Assembly: GCA_048940925.1 (NCBI GenBank)
Contig: JBHLOC010000056.1
Span: 1 to 26,424, forward strand
Direction: 5' to 3'
DNA from: Promethearchaeota archaeon
GTDB taxonomy: Archaea; Asgardarchaeota; Lokiarchaeia; Sigyniarchaeales; SOKP01
DNA length: 26,424 nt
Position 1 is the stretch's first letter. Every line of letters begins with the position of its first letter. Under the pieces are notes generated by a model. That model ran no database searches, was not told where the DNA came from, and saw nothing but the letters and a program-made list of their open reading frames with translations. The position numbers were made by a program, and so were the translations under genes. Below are positions 1 through 10,648 of this stretch, piece after piece.

Positions 1-479
1 GAATTGATAAACATCAATTTTCCCTTTGCTGTATAAGTAGAATCAGGTATGGAAAAATCTTCATTTAGAGGTATTTCTTTTATTTTTGCATTATAAAGTG
101 TTCCTAATACTTTATATAATCCATAAGAGGGATAAAAAATTATAATTTCATCATTAGGATCAATAAAAACTTTAAAAATGACGTCTAAAATCTCATCTGA
201 ACCATTTCCGATAAAAATTGAATTTCTATTTGTAAGGGTTTCTTTGTCTCGTAGTAATACATTTAGTATTTCTTTTCGAAGTTCAAATGCAGTAGGATCA
301 GGATAAAGTCTAAGTTTATCGTCTATTGCACCTTTAATATCTTCTAAGATTTCTGGAATTGGTGGATATGGATTTTCATTTGTATTTAATTTAATCCATC
401 CTTTTTCAGAAGGCTGTTCTCCAGATTCATATGGTGTAAATTTTTTGAGATTTTCTCTCAATAATGCATTTAAGTCCAT
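1..479 (-). CDS. hisC: Histidinol-phosphate aminotransferase, N-terminal part (runs off window edge)
   Basis: Manual translation from ATG at 479 (alternative in-frame ATG at 491): MDLNALLRENLKKFTPYESGEQP...IKLNTNENPYPP...LRLYPDP...IFIGNGSDEIL...PSYGLY. These are typical HisC motifs, and the gene lies downstream of hisG-hisD. Confidence 0.93.
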   Translation of the reverse strand, partial: MDLNALLRENLKKFTPYESGEQPSEKGWIKLNTNENPYPPIPEILEDIKGAIDDKLRLYPDPTAFELRKEILNVLLRDKETLTNRNSIFIGNGSDEILDVIFKVFIDPNDEIIIFYPSYGLYKVLGTLYNAKIKEIPLNEDFSIPDSTYTAKGKLMFIN

Positions 480-558
480 TTTAAATACCATATATTTTTT
501 ATACCGATATTGAACATTTGGTATAGATTTCTAAAAAATTTTTTGTTAAAACTAAATT

Positions 559-1881
559 TTAATAAAAATTATTACTTTTTTTTAATCTTTTTTCGATAGA
601 TTTTTTATGAGCAGGTAAACCTTCGAAATCAGCTATAATAGAAGAAGATTTACTCAATGCTCTTAAACCATCTAAATCACACTCTAAAACATCAATTATC
701 TTTAAAAAATCATATGAATTCAATCCTGAATAGTTTACAGCATTTCCACCAGTTGGTAATACATGATTTGTTCCTGCAGAATAATCTCCTAATGATACAG
801 GTGTATTTGGTCCTATAAAAATAGCACCAGCATTCATTATTTTCGGCACTATAGCTTTAGGATTTTTAGTCATTATTTCAAGATGTTCTGGTGCAATTAG
901 ATTGCAAATCCTAACACAGTCTTCTAGATCTTTAGCTTCTATAATGAGACTGTTATTTTTTAATGCACTTTTGATTATATCTTTCCTTTCCGATTTGTCT
1001 ACATATGATTCTATGTTATTGATGATATTATCTATTAAATCTGTCGATGTTGATACTATAATTCCTATATTATCAATGTCATGTTCGATTTGGGAAAGTA
1101 AATCAACTATGACAAGGTTATAGTCAGAAGAATTATCAGCAATTATTAAAATTTCGCTTGGACCTGCTGGAGTATCTATAGCTACAATATTAGATAAAAT
1201 TTGCTTTGCAGCATTTACCCATTTATTTCCAGGACCTATAATTTTTTGCACTTTAGGAATTGTATTTGTGCCTAATGCCATCGCAGCTATAGCTTGAGCA
1301 CCCCCGATTTTATATATATTATTAATATTAAATTCACTCGCAGCCACTATAATCTCTGGGGCAATTTTTTTATTTATTTGAGGAGGTGAACATAAAATAA
1401 TTTCTTTAACACCTGCTACATATGCAGGAGTTGCTGTCATTAAGACTGTACTAGGATAAATGGCTCTCCCCCCAGGAATATAAATCCCAATTCTTTCTAA
1501 AGGTCGATATACTTGTCCCGCTTTCACACCTTTTTCTATTTTTATCATCCAATCTTCTCTTATTTGAGCTCGATGGAATTTTATTAAATTCATTTTTGCG
1601 TATTCCAATGCCTTCAGTAAATTCTTATCTATTTTATTATATGCATTAGAAATCTCTTCTGGAGTAACTTTAAGTTCTGATTCAACTAATTCCACACCAT
1701 CATATTTTTTTGTAAACTCAAGAATCGCTTTATCCCCTTTTTTTTTTACCCCTTCAATAATGCCTAGAATTGTTTCTTTAATAGAATTAATTTGAAGAAA
1801 ATTTCGGGGAATAAATTCAGATATATTAATCTCATTTATTACCTCTGATTTAACAATTCTAATAGAATTTATAAAAATCAC
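559..1881 (-). CDS. hisD: Histidinol dehydrogenase
   Basis: Motifs GIYIPGG, PSTVLM, GGAQAIAA, GPGNKWV, AGPSEI, SQIEH, APEHLE, GDYSAGTNHVLPT. GTG start overlaps the hisG stop (GTGA). Confidence 0.97.
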   Translation of the reverse strand: MIFINSIRIVKSEVINEINISEFIPRNFLQINSIKETILGIIEGVKKKGDKAILEFTKKYDGVELVESELKVTPEEISNAYNKIDKNLLKALEYAKMNLIKFHRAQIREDWMIKIEKGVKAGQVYRPLERIGIYIPGGRAIYPSTVLMTATPAYVAGVKEIILCSPPQINKKIAPEIIVAASEFNINNIYKIGGAQAIAAMALGTNTIPKVQKIIGPGNKWVNAAKQILSNIVAIDTPAGPSEILIIADNSSDYNLVIVDLLSQIEHDIDNIGIIVSTSTDLIDNIINNIESYVDKSERKDIIKSALKNNSLIIEAKDLEDCVRICNLIAPEHLEIMTKNPKAIVPKIMNAGAIFIGPNTPVSLGDYSAGTNHVLPTGGNAVNYSGLNSYDFLKIIDVLECDLDGLRALSKSSSIIADFEGLPAHKKSIEKRLKKSNNFY

Positions 1882-2858
1882 CTTGTCCCTTCCAAGGGAA
1901 GTATTTGCCTTGGTTCATGAACTACTAAACCCTGAGCATATTTTCTCAGCAATGGAATTAAATTTAGAAAATCCTGTTTTTTAATTATTGTATTTATAGC
2001 AAACCAATCACCTTCACCAGCTAATTTTGAGATAGTAGGCCGTTTTAAAGCAGGGAGTTCATTTAAAATTTTATTTAAATTTTCCTCTTTTACGTTCATA
2101 AATATATGGAGCTTTTTTGATGCTTCTATAACACCCTTTAGAAGAACAAGAATATCCATTATTTTTTCCTTTTTCCATTCATCTTTTAAAGCATTTTTGT
2201 TTGCAATTAATACGGCAGTAGAAGTATCGATTATATCGATGATTTTTAAATTATTAGCCTCCAATGTAGACCCTGTCGATGTATTATCAATTATAACATC
2301 TACTTCTTCAGGAGGCTTTGCTTCTGTTGCTCCAAATGATAAGAAAATTTTCACTTTCTCATTTTCACCCCAATTTTTCCAAGGAGTAATAACTAAAGGT
2401 TCTTTCTGACCATACAGCTTTTGATAGGTTAAATTATTTTTTAAATAATTCATTGATAATGTTAAATATTCAGTTGAAATTCTCAATGTCTTATTTTCAG
2501 AAGAAAAATTTTGTAGAATATTATCAAGCGACTTAATATCATCCCAATTTTTTGGAACACATAAGACTAATGAAACAGCACCGATTTCTAAATCCAATAG
2601 AATTTGCACATCAGCATTAGATTCTTTAATCCAGTCTCGTCCTGAAATTCCTAGATCAAATTGATTTTCACCTATCAAATAATTCGGTATCTCTTGGGGC
2701 CTTAATAGTTTAAGATATATTTCAGGATCCCCTACAGAAGGTCTATAATCTCGTTTTGATCCAAAAGACAATTTTAATCCTGCCCTTTCAAAAAAAGAAG
2801 ATATATCTTTTTGGAGACTTCCCTTTGGAATAGATATTTTCAATAATTTTTCTTGCAT
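1878..2858 (-). CDS. hisG: ATP phosphoribosyltransferase, long form with C-terminal regulatory domain
   Basis: IPKGSL, RPQEIP, DLGISGRDW, GATEAKP, IIDNTSTGSTLEANNL, C-terminal LPALKRPTISKL; sits in the his operon. Confidence 0.96.
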   Translation of the reverse strand: MQEKLLKISIPKGSLQKDISSFFERAGLKLSFGSKRDYRPSVGDPEIYLKLLRPQEIPNYLIGENQFDLGISGRDWIKESNADVQILLDLEIGAVSLVLCVPKNWDDIKSLDNILQNFSSENKTLRISTEYLTLSMNYLKNNLTYQKLYGQKEPLVITPWKNWGENEKVKIFLSFGATEAKPPEEVDVIIDNTSTGSTLEANNLKIIDIIDTSTAVLIANKNALKDEWKKEKIMDILVLLKGVIEASKKLHIFMNVKEENLNKILNELPALKRPTISKLAGEGDWFAINTIIKKQDFLNLIPLLRKYAQGLVVHEPRQILPLEGTR

Positions 2859-3114
2859 TTAAAATCAATAACCCTTGTATATATAATAATTTAACCATAC
2901 AAAGATTTATAAGATTTAAGTCTAAATCCTCATTTTCTGAAATATAGATAATAAATCAATCTTCCTTTTAAGGGTAGCTAAAAGTGACAATAAAAGAGGA
3001 TTTTTAAATAAAATTAATAGTTTCTTTTAGATTAATCTTTTAAACAAATTATTTTATTATATTATTATAAATATTCGATGATAATATTTTTTGTTGAAAC
3101 AATACATAAGAAAT

Positions 3115-3120
3115 GGTGAT
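3115..3120 (+). promoter_or_regulatory. Archaeal-type Shine-Dalgarno (GGTGAT) before the TTG start at 3126
   Basis: GGTGAT lies 5 nt upstream of the TTG. Confidence 0.55.
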
Positions 3121-3125
3121 CGAGT

Positions 3126-3992
3126 TTGAACCTTGCTCTAATGTTCAATGTTAAACCAGGTGGGGAAATTGAAGTCATTAGATGGAGTAAAGATAATTTT
3201 TTACCAGATACTTCAATAATAGTATTAGATGAGAGCTCTGAATCATTGTATTTATGGCATGGAGTTCAGCAAGGATTAGTCGCTCGAAGGACAGCTCTGA
3301 GACAAGCTGAATCACTTAAAGGACACGGTTATACGGTAGGTAAAAGCATTATTGGACGGGATATCAAACAAATAAAGGAAATAGATGGAAGAAAGATTGG
3401 AAAAGTACCAGAAGATAGTGCTCAAAATGATGAACTTCAAGCTCTATTAGATTTAAAAGTTACAGAATTAGATAACTATATTGTAACGTTCGAAGCAGGT
3501 GCTGTTAAGCCTGTAGTTGCAGTACAAACAGGAAAGGCGGAAGTAAAAGTTGAAGCAAAACCTTCTCCAACTCCTGCTCCCACTGTTTCAAAACCAATTG
3601 AACCTGCAAAACCTGTTGAACTAAAAAAAGTAGTTACACCTGTTAAATCTGTTGAATCTGCTTCTGAATATGAAGAAGCAGAACCCTTACCATCTATTAA
3701 AGTTGAATCAAAACCAGCACCTTCTATACAGGTTTCAAAAACAAGCCTTAAAACTGATGCTAAAGTTGCATTTGTCTTTTCTGGAATCTTAGAACATTTT
3801 GATGACATTTGGATTTCAAAAAAAAAAGATGGAACTTATTCTGTTGAAATGATGGATGGCCCTATCTGCACATTTTCGATAAAAGAGGGAAGTAAATTAA
3901 ATTTCACAGCAGATAGTTTTTCTGGAATTGATACAAAAGTTAAAACCGCAATTCAGAAGAAATTTATAGAACTCTCAAAATTTTTAGGGTAG
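3126..3992 (+). CDS. Single gelsolin-like domain protein with a Pro/Lys/Glu/Val-rich linker and a small C-terminal domain
   Basis: N-terminal FLPDTSIIVLDESSESLYLWHG...VARRTALRQAESL fits the gelsolin-repeat pattern (ILD...IYxWxG...helix) by eye. A low-complexity linker (KPSPTPAPTVSKPIEPAKP) precedes about 75 aa of globular-looking C-terminus. Confidence 0.65.
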   Translation: MNLALMFNVKPGGEIEVIRWSKDNFLPDTSIIVLDESSESLYLWHGVQQGLVARRTALRQAESLKGHGYTVGKSIIGRDIKQIKEIDGRKIGKVPEDSAQNDELQALLDLKVTELDNYIVTFEAGAVKPVVAVQTGKAEVKVEAKPSPTPAPTVSKPIEPAKPVELKKVVTPVKSVESASEYEEAEPLPSIKVESKPAPSIQVSKTSLKTDAKVAFVFSGILEHFDDIWISKKKDGTYSVEMMDGPICTFSIKEGSKLNFTADSFSGIDTKVKTAIQKKFIELSKFLG

Positions 3993-4111
3993 ATCCCAAA
4001 AAGTAATATATTTTTTTATATACAATTTTTATTATTATCTTTTTTTTATATTTATAGGAATGATAATAGAGATATTATTCCTGTTTTTAAAATAAATAGA
4101 AAATTATTATT

Positions 4112-5869
4112 ATGAAATTTAATAAACTAGCACAACTGTTTTCAGAATTAGAAGCTACTACAAAAAGACTTGAAATGATTGATTTATTATCAAGCTTTTT
4201 TAGTAGAATTAAAAAAAAAGGAAAATATGAAGATTTAGACAAGGTTATTTATCTCTTGCAAGGTCAACTAGCTCCAAACATTAAACAATTTCCGAAAATG
4301 GGTTTAGCTGAGAAAATGATAATTGAGGCATTATCTTTGCATTCTGGAATAGAAGCAGAAAGAATTAAAGAAATCTTAATTAAAAAAGGTGATATCGGAG
4401 CAACAGCAGAATTGATTTTATCAAAAAAAAAAAAGCAAAAATCATTATTTGATTATAATAAAGAAAATGAAACTTTAGAAAGTTCTCTAGAGATTTCCGA
4501 TTTGTATTCAGAATTAATGAAAATAGCGTTAACTGATGGTGCTGGTTCTCATGATATTAAATTAGGAATATTAAGAGGATTAATGAGAAAATGTTCTCCA
4601 TTAGAAGTGAAATATTTATTACGGACAATAACTTCTACCTTAAGAGTTGGAGTTCAATCTCCTACAATAATTGAAGGTTTAGCTTTAGCATTCACGGGTG
4701 GAAAAGATAGCAAGGATGTTATCGAAAGAGTTTATACATTACATCCAGATTTAGGTGAGATCTCAAAAATTTTAGCAGAATCTGGTTTAGATGAGGTGAA
4801 AAAGATTGATATAGAATATGGAATTCCTATCCTTAGTATGCTTGCTTCTCGAGAAGTTTATACCGAATTCATTAAAAGATTGGGAGTTCCATTCATTGCT
4901 GAATACAAGTTAGATGGAGAACGACTTCAAATCCATAAAAATGGCGTTAATATATCTTTATTTTCACGACGCTTACTTGATATTTCAGATCAGTATCCTG
5001 ATGTTTGTCAAAAAGTAAAAGAGAGTGTAAAAGCTGAAAATGTAATTTTTGAAGGAGAAGTTGTTGCTATGGATCATTTCTATGAAAAAATGCTTCCATT
5101 TCAAGTTTTAAGTAAAAGAAGAAGAAAGTATGATGTAGATGATATTTCTAAAGAAGTTCCTGTATGTCTATTTATATTTGATCTTTTAAAATTAGAAGAT
5201 GTATCATATGTGAATAAACCACTACCAGAGCGAAGACAAAAACTTGAAGAAATAGTAGAAGAAAGAGACGAATTACGTTTAGTTGAGTCTGTTCAAATTA
5301 AATCTACTGAAGAATTGTTGGATTTCTTTAATAAGGCTAGAAAAGAGGGAACTGAGGGTATAATGGCAAAATCGATCACAGAAGATTCAATTTATCAAGC
5401 GGGAAATCGAGGTTATAAATGGTTAAAGTTGAAAAGTCTAGAAGGTGGTAAACTTAAAGATAATATTGATGTAGTTTTAGTTGGTGCTTTTTATGGTAAA
5501 GGGCGGAGAACAGGAGTATATGGAACGTATATTGGCGCAGTATACGATCCTGAGAATGATATTTATGTTGCGTTTACTCGATTCTTCTCAGGAATAGATG
5601 ATGTATTATCAGATACTCTAACTAAAGATATGAAACAATATCTATTAGAAAAAAAACCTGATAATGTGATTTGTGAAGATAAACCTGATATATGGTTAAA
5701 ACCTGAAGTAGTCATGGAAATAACAGGTGATGAAATAACTAAAAGTGATAAGTTTGCTACACTAGGATATTCAATGAGATTTCCAGTCTATAATAGATTG
5801 CGTCCAGATAAAGGTCCAAAAGATACAACAACAGTAGAAGAAATTAAAGAATTATATGAGACTCAATAA
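4112..5869 (+). CDS. lig: ATP-dependent DNA ligase (archaeal/eukaryal type)
   Basis: Motif I EYKLDGER, FEGEVV, FIFDLL, EGIMAK, WLKLK, GAFYGKGRR, SMRFP, LRPDK; N-terminal DNA-binding domain present. Confidence 0.98.
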   Translation: MKFNKLAQLFSELEATTKRLEMIDLLSSFFSRIKKKGKYEDLDKVIYLLQGQLAPNIKQFPKMGLAEKMIIEALSLHSGIEAERIKEILIKKGDIGATAELILSKKKKQKSLFDYNKENETLESSLEISDLYSELMKIALTDGAGSHDIKLGILRGLMRKCSPLEVKYLLRTITSTLRVGVQSPTIIEGLALAFTGGKDSKDVIERVYTLHPDLGEISKILAESGLDEVKKIDIEYGIPILSMLASREVYTEFIKRLGVPFIAEYKLDGERLQIHKNGVNISLFSRRLLDISDQYPDVCQKVKESVKAENVIFEGEVVAMDHFYEKMLPFQVLSKRRRKYDVDDISKEVPVCLFIFDLLKLEDVSYVNKPLPERRQKLEEIVEERDELRLVESVQIKSTEELLDFFNKARKEGTEGIMAKSITEDSIYQAGNRGYKWLKLKSLEGGKLKDNIDVVLVGAFYGKGRRTGVYGTYIGAVYDPENDIYVAFTRFFSGIDDVLSDTLTKDMKQYLLEKKPDNVICEDKPDIWLKPEVVMEITGDEITKSDKFATLGYSMRFPVYNRLRPDKGPKDTTTVEEIKELYETQ

Positions 5870-5879
5870 ATTTAGTTAT

Positions 5880-7238
5880 CTAGAGGTAGATTTGAATCCC
5901 TCTATTTTCTAAAGTTTTTAAAATATCTGGAGTTTCATCAAAATTGTTTTCCCCAATATATATTTTTTTTAATGATTTTAGTGATACTATTGATTTTGGA
6001 ATGGACTCAAGTTTATTTCTTGATAAATTTAAAGTTTGAAGAGATTTCAATTTTCTTATACTTTCAGGAATTTTTTCCAATTTATTATCACTTATATTCA
6101 AAATTTCTAAAGAGAAAAGATTTCCTATATTTTGAGGGAGATTTACCAATTCATTCCTTTCTAAGTCTAAAATTTTTAAAGAAGAAAGCAATCCTATAGA
6201 TTCAGGTAAAGATTCTAGACTATTCCAACTCAAATTTAAATTCTCAAGGTTAGTTAAAAACTTAATATTTTCTGGTAATTCTTTTAATTGATTATCATGC
6301 AAATTCAATTCTTTTAAAGATACTAAATCTCCTATTGTATCAGGTAACTCAGTTAAATTATTTAATCTAAGATTAATTATTTGTAACTTATGTAAATATT
6401 TGATAGATTTAGGGATTTTATTTAACTCATTTCTCCATAAGTATAAATATTTTAACGATTTTAAGTCTCCAATCGACTCTGGGAGATATTTTACATTATT
6501 AACATTTAGATTAAGATTTTCAAGAGAAGTAAGTGAACCAATCCAATCAGGAAGAATTGATATTTGATTATACCTTAGAATTAATGTTTTTAATGAAGTT
6601 AAATATTTGAGAGGGGGAGGAATAGTTGTTAAATTTTTAAAAATGAAGTCTAATTCGATTATTTTACATTTTCTAATTTTATATTTCAATCGCCAATATA
6701 TTTTCTCAAAAAGAGTTATTGTAAAATAATTAATTAATATATCTGCTAATTTTCGTGGAGTAAACAATTCAATATTTTTAGATTCACACAGAATTTTTAA
6801 TCCTAATTTAAATTCCTTATTCTTTATTTTTTTTACTTCTTTCAGCAATATAGTTTTAATAACTGGATCAGAACTTCTTGACCAATTATTAATTATGTCA
6901 ATAAGTACTTTATGTATCGTTCTTAAACAAGAAGGTGATTCTTCATGCATTAGTGCCCATTTCATTGGTTCAAATGATTTATCTAAAAACACATGTTTTA
7001 GAAAAAGAGCTGCCGCGTTTCTGACTGTTAAACTAGAATCAGAGATAAGCAAATTCTCCACGATATTAAAAACACTTTTATCATTTGTTCCTATACACTC
7101 CAAGTCTTTTATACTATCTACTCTAACCTTACTATTATCACTGCTTTCAATTAAAGATAATAGTAATTTAGTCGCAGAAAACTTATCTAAATTATTTTTT
7201 ATATATTCTTGGTAAATTTTTTCAGGGCTTAATTCCAT
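5880..7238 (-). CDS. Leucine-rich repeat protein with N-terminal HEAT-like domain (about 11 LRRs)
   Basis: 23-aa LxxLPxxIGxLxxLxxLxLxxN repeats; N-terminal helical repeats (LISDSSLTVRNAAALFL). Confidence 0.9.
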   Translation of the reverse strand: MELSPEKIYQEYIKNNLDKFSATKLLLSLIESSDNSKVRVDSIKDLECIGTNDKSVFNIVENLLISDSSLTVRNAAALFLKHVFLDKSFEPMKWALMHEESPSCLRTIHKVLIDIINNWSRSSDPVIKTILLKEVKKIKNKEFKLGLKILCESKNIELFTPRKLADILINYFTITLFEKIYWRLKYKIRKCKIIELDFIFKNLTTIPPPLKYLTSLKTLILRYNQISILPDWIGSLTSLENLNLNVNNVKYLPESIGDLKSLKYLYLWRNELNKIPKSIKYLHKLQIINLRLNNLTELPDTIGDLVSLKELNLHDNQLKELPENIKFLTNLENLNLSWNSLESLPESIGLLSSLKILDLERNELVNLPQNIGNLFSLEILNISDNKLEKIPESIRKLKSLQTLNLSRNKLESIPKSIVSLKSLKKIYIGENNFDETPDILKTLENRGIQIYL

Positions 7239-7339
7239 TATGTTAAGAAATTGATATAAATTTTTTAAATTACCGGGTTTAATTTATTCAAATTGGTCAT
7301 TTAAAAAAAAAGTTTAAAGATGATTAACACTAATATATT

Positions 7340-7771
7340 CTAATTTTGCAGATTAGATTTTTTTACTTGTTTTAGTAGTTTTTTAAAAGCTATTATGTTA
7401 TATTTCCAATTTAGTAAGTTTTTCGCTTCTTTTTCGCTACACCACTTATATTCGTTATGTTCATTGCTTAATTTAACATCAGAAATTTTATCCAATTCAA
7501 CACTAAAACAAATATCTTTCATCAGTTTTCGACTGATTGGTGCTTTAAAAATAAAAGAGTAATTCAAATCGAAAATCCTTATTATATCTTGAATCCCAGT
7601 TTCTTCAAATACCTCCCTCTTAATAGTATCATAAATTTTTTCACCCTTTTCAATTCCTCCACTTATGGGTTGCCAAAACCCACCTTTTTCTTTGGTTCTT
7701 TTTAAGATTAAGACTTTAAATTCCGGATTTCTCGTAAATAGAAATACTTGGACATTAATTCTTTCAATCAT
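7340..7771 (-). CDS. NUDIX hydrolase (NudB-like)
   Basis: WQPISGGIEKGE...IKREVFEETG Nudix box; LSNEHNEYKW. Confidence 0.9.
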   Translation of the reverse strand: MIERINVQVFLFTRNPEFKVLILKRTKEKGGFWQPISGGIEKGEKIYDTIKREVFEETGIQDIIRIFDLNYSFIFKAPISRKLMKDICFSVELDKISDVKLSNEHNEYKWCSEKEAKNLLNWKYNIIAFKKLLKQVKKSNLQN

Positions 7772-7870
7772 TCACAATAGGAGGAATTCTTACTTGAATA
7801 GTTTGATTTTTTAGCTTTATTAAACTAGAAGATATTATTATTCATATCAGAATAAATCTAAATAATTTTT

Positions 7871-8455
7871 ATGGAATCTTTAAAAAACTTTTTTAAATCA
7901 ATTTCGAATAAAATTAGAGAGGGATTCCAAAGAGAACCTAACTATATACAAATGCGATTGTCAGTAAACAAAATCACGAAAAATTTTGAAGATTCACTTA
8001 AAAATAAGATTAAAAATAAAGTGACACAGGTAAGAATCAGAGAAGCGGTTGAAAAAGATATTGATAATTTAATTGCTATACATGACAAAGCATGGCATTC
8101 TACCCCTATGCCTTATCATGCACTTTCTAAAGAAAATTTATTAGAAATAATTAAAGATCCTGACATTACAATATTAATTGCTGAAGAAAATTCCACTGAT
8201 ATTGGATTTATAATCTTATATTTTACAGGAGAAAAAAAGAATGTAGGTGTAATAGCAGGATTAGGCATATTACCAGAACTTCAAAATAAAGGTTTAGGTA
8301 CTTTTCTAGGAATAGCGAGTTGGAATTTTTTTAAAGGTAAGGGTGTTAAGGAACTAAGATGTAAGGTTTTTAAAGATAACAAAATCTCATATAATTTTAT
8401 AAAGGAACTTGGATTTGAGGAATATAATTTAGATTTCCCTATATGGAAACTGTGA
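7871..8455 (+). CDS. GNAT-family N-acetyltransferase
   Basis: IREAVEKDI, acetyl-CoA loop LGILPELQNKGLG, DNKISYNFIKELGF. Confidence 0.88.
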   Translation: MESLKNFFKSISNKIREGFQREPNYIQMRLSVNKITKNFEDSLKNKIKNKVTQVRIREAVEKDIDNLIAIHDKAWHSTPMPYHALSKENLLEIIKDPDITILIAEENSTDIGFIILYFTGEKKNVGVIAGLGILPELQNKGLGTFLGIASWNFFKGKGVKELRCKVFKDNKISYNFIKELGFEEYNLDFPIWKL

Positions 8456-8475
8456 TAGAAAAGGGTTTCATAGCA

Positions 8476-10377
8476 TTAAATAAGATCTTCTAAGTTAAGT
8501 TCTCTGATTTTTGCTTTAGTTGGAGTTCCATATTTTTTATCCCACCCACGTTCATCATAATAATCATCAAGTAATTGATTAGCAATTTCAGGAGTAATTA
8601 TTGTTTCACCAAAAAAATCTTGAAATGGAAGCACACTTTTTCCAAATTTCAATGATTTAAACCATGCTTCTGGAAATTTATCATCTTTTCGAGAAAAACC
8701 TTCTTTCATATTTAGTATTTTAAGTAAGTTCCAAGTCCTTTCAGCTGCTACCCGTAAATCTTCTGTGGAAGAATTAAGGCCTGTTACTGCATTATAGAAT
8801 TCTGTTGTTGACTCTAAACCGTAGAAACGATTCATTTGAGCTCTTGCACATAGACCTAAAGAAGTTAAAACAGTATACCAATCTTCTGAATATCTTGTTA
8901 ATCTTCCTATATTTACAACCATTTCCTTTAATGGGGGAGAAAAAATACGATTAATTGCAGATTTAGGAATTCCCATCCGTGAAAAATGAATGTGAAATTT
9001 TTCTATTGAACTGCCAGCACCTAAATAAGTTGGGGATCCACCAGATGCAACATGAGCTCCTTTAGGATTTACAACTTGCTCAAATTCCATAGTACCAAGA
9101 CGTAAAAGTCTTGGTTCAAATATAACATCTAATCCCTTGACAGTAAGCATTTCATTTTCAATAGAGTCATACAATTCTGTTAATTTCTTCCAACCCTCAG
9201 CTAAAACATTTCCAAATCCTCTCCGATACGTTATCATATCTATCAGTTTAAATAAGGTATTATAATCTGTTTTCCATTCTATTCCTGTATTTTCTTTTGT
9301 GAAAATCCCTTTCTTGTATAGGTATGTACAAAATTTTAGTAAGGATGTAATTGTTAATGAATCTAGTCCATATCTATTGGTTATATCATATCCTTTAATA
9401 GCTTCACTAACTTTACTTAAATCTTCAAGGGTAAACATTAAAAAGGGATTAATTATTGAAGAGGTGTAGGTTAAAAACTCAGAGTAACTTCCTTCCTTAA
9501 TTTCAAGAATATCTTTGTCACCCATCGGGCAAGAAGGACAAGCTATTCGTCTTTTTTTAAACTTTCTAAGATATTCACGCTCACTACATTGTCGAGCTTT
9601 TTGATTTTGACCTGAAGCGTTTAAAATCATAGCTACAGGTAAACTCCTCAACATTCCCAATCTATGCCAAGATTCTCTATGAGGATAGTTTTCAATTCGC
9701 TTGAATAGGTTATTATAAATTTTATTAAATTCGTTAGGGTTAGCAATTGAAACTCCTTTCGTCCCTTTTACAGCAATTGCTTTAAGCATTTTAGAACCCA
9801 TAACTGCGCCAAGGCCCCCTCGTCCAAAAGTAGATGTTCTATCAATTAAAGTTAATGAATTTTTTACAAGATTTTCACCAGCTTGTCCAATTGCGATTAC
9901 TCCACAATCATTATACTTTTTCAGTATGAAATTAGTTGATTCTACTATATCTTGCCCCCAGATATTTTTTGCATCTATTAAATCAATGTATTCATCTAAA
10001 ATTAACAAAAAAACTGGTTTATCTGATTTACCTGAGAGGATTATGTGATCGAATCCTGCTTGTTTTAACTGAAATCCAAAACTCATGCTACCACATGAAT
10101 AAGCAATTGCTCCGGTCGCCGGAAATTTACTTGTGCCAACAGTACGGGAAGATCCTGGAGTAATTGTACCTACCAAGGGACCTACTCCGATTATTATATA
10201 ATTTTCAGGGGATAATGGATCAATATTTGGCTTTATCAATTCAGCTGCAATTTTAGTATTTATTCCAAGTCCGCCAATAAATTGATCAATATCATCAGTA
10301 TTTAGTTTAGTAATATTAATTCTTTTATTTGTCAGATTGACATTGAGGATACTTCCAGTATAACCATTTAATTCCAT
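8476..10377 (-). CDS. aor: Aldehyde:ferredoxin oxidoreductase family (tungstopterin) enzyme
   Basis: GYTGSILNVNL, IDPLSPEN, IGQAGEN, GRGGLGAVMGSKMLKAI, CPSCPMG, YGLDS, GLCARA, YYDERGWD. ATG at 10377 overlaps the ferredoxin stop (TGATG). Confidence 0.92.
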   Translation of the reverse strand: MELNGYTGSILNVNLTNKRINITKLNTDDIDQFIGGLGINTKIAAELIKPNIDPLSPENYIIIGVGPLVGTITPGSSRTVGTSKFPATGAIAYSCGSMSFGFQLKQAGFDHIILSGKSDKPVFLLILDEYIDLIDAKNIWGQDIVESTNFILKKYNDCGVIAIGQAGENLVKNSLTLIDRTSTFGRGGLGAVMGSKMLKAIAVKGTKGVSIANPNEFNKIYNNLFKRIENYPHRESWHRLGMLRSLPVAMILNASGQNQKARQCSEREYLRKFKKRRIACPSCPMGDKDILEIKEGSYSEFLTYTSSIINPFLMFTLEDLSKVSEAIKGYDITNRYGLDSLTITSLLKFCTYLYKKGIFTKENTGIEWKTDYNTLFKLIDMITYRRGFGNVLAEGWKKLTELYDSIENEMLTVKGLDVIFEPRLLRLGTMEFEQVVNPKGAHVASGGSPTYLGAGSSIEKFHIHFSRMGIPKSAINRIFSPPLKEMVVNIGRLTRYSEDWYTVLTSLGLCARAQMNRFYGLESTTEFYNAVTGLNSSTEDLRVAAERTWNLLKILNMKEGFSRKDDKFPEAWFKSLKFGKSVLPFQDFFGETIITPEIANQLLDDYYDERGWDKKYGTPTKAKIRELNLEDLI

Positions 10378-10622
10378 CAATTATCTTCCTCCATTAAAGT
10401 TAATGCTCCATAAAGACAATGTTGAGCACATTGTCCACATTTGACACACGTGTCTAAGAAAAAAATTTCTGGATTTAGTCCATATCTTTCTTTAATTTTT
10501 AGATTGGCTTTTGATGGATTGAATATCTTATAATGAGTATAGGAACACCAAAGCATACATAAAATACACCCACTACATTTTTCCTCATTAATGATTATCT
10601 GAATTTTTTTATTTTGTACCAA
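10377..10622 (-). CDS. Small 4Fe-4S ferredoxin, partner of AOR
   Basis: CSGCILCMLWC and CVKCGQCAQHC motifs; translationally coupled to AOR. Confidence 0.9.
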   Translation of the reverse strand: MVQNKKIQIIINEEKCSGCILCMLWCSYTHYKIFNPSKANLKIKERYGLNPEIFFLDTCVKCGQCAQHCLYGALTLMEEDN

Positions 10623-10648
10623 TGTTAGTTGTACCTTTTCATTATTAA

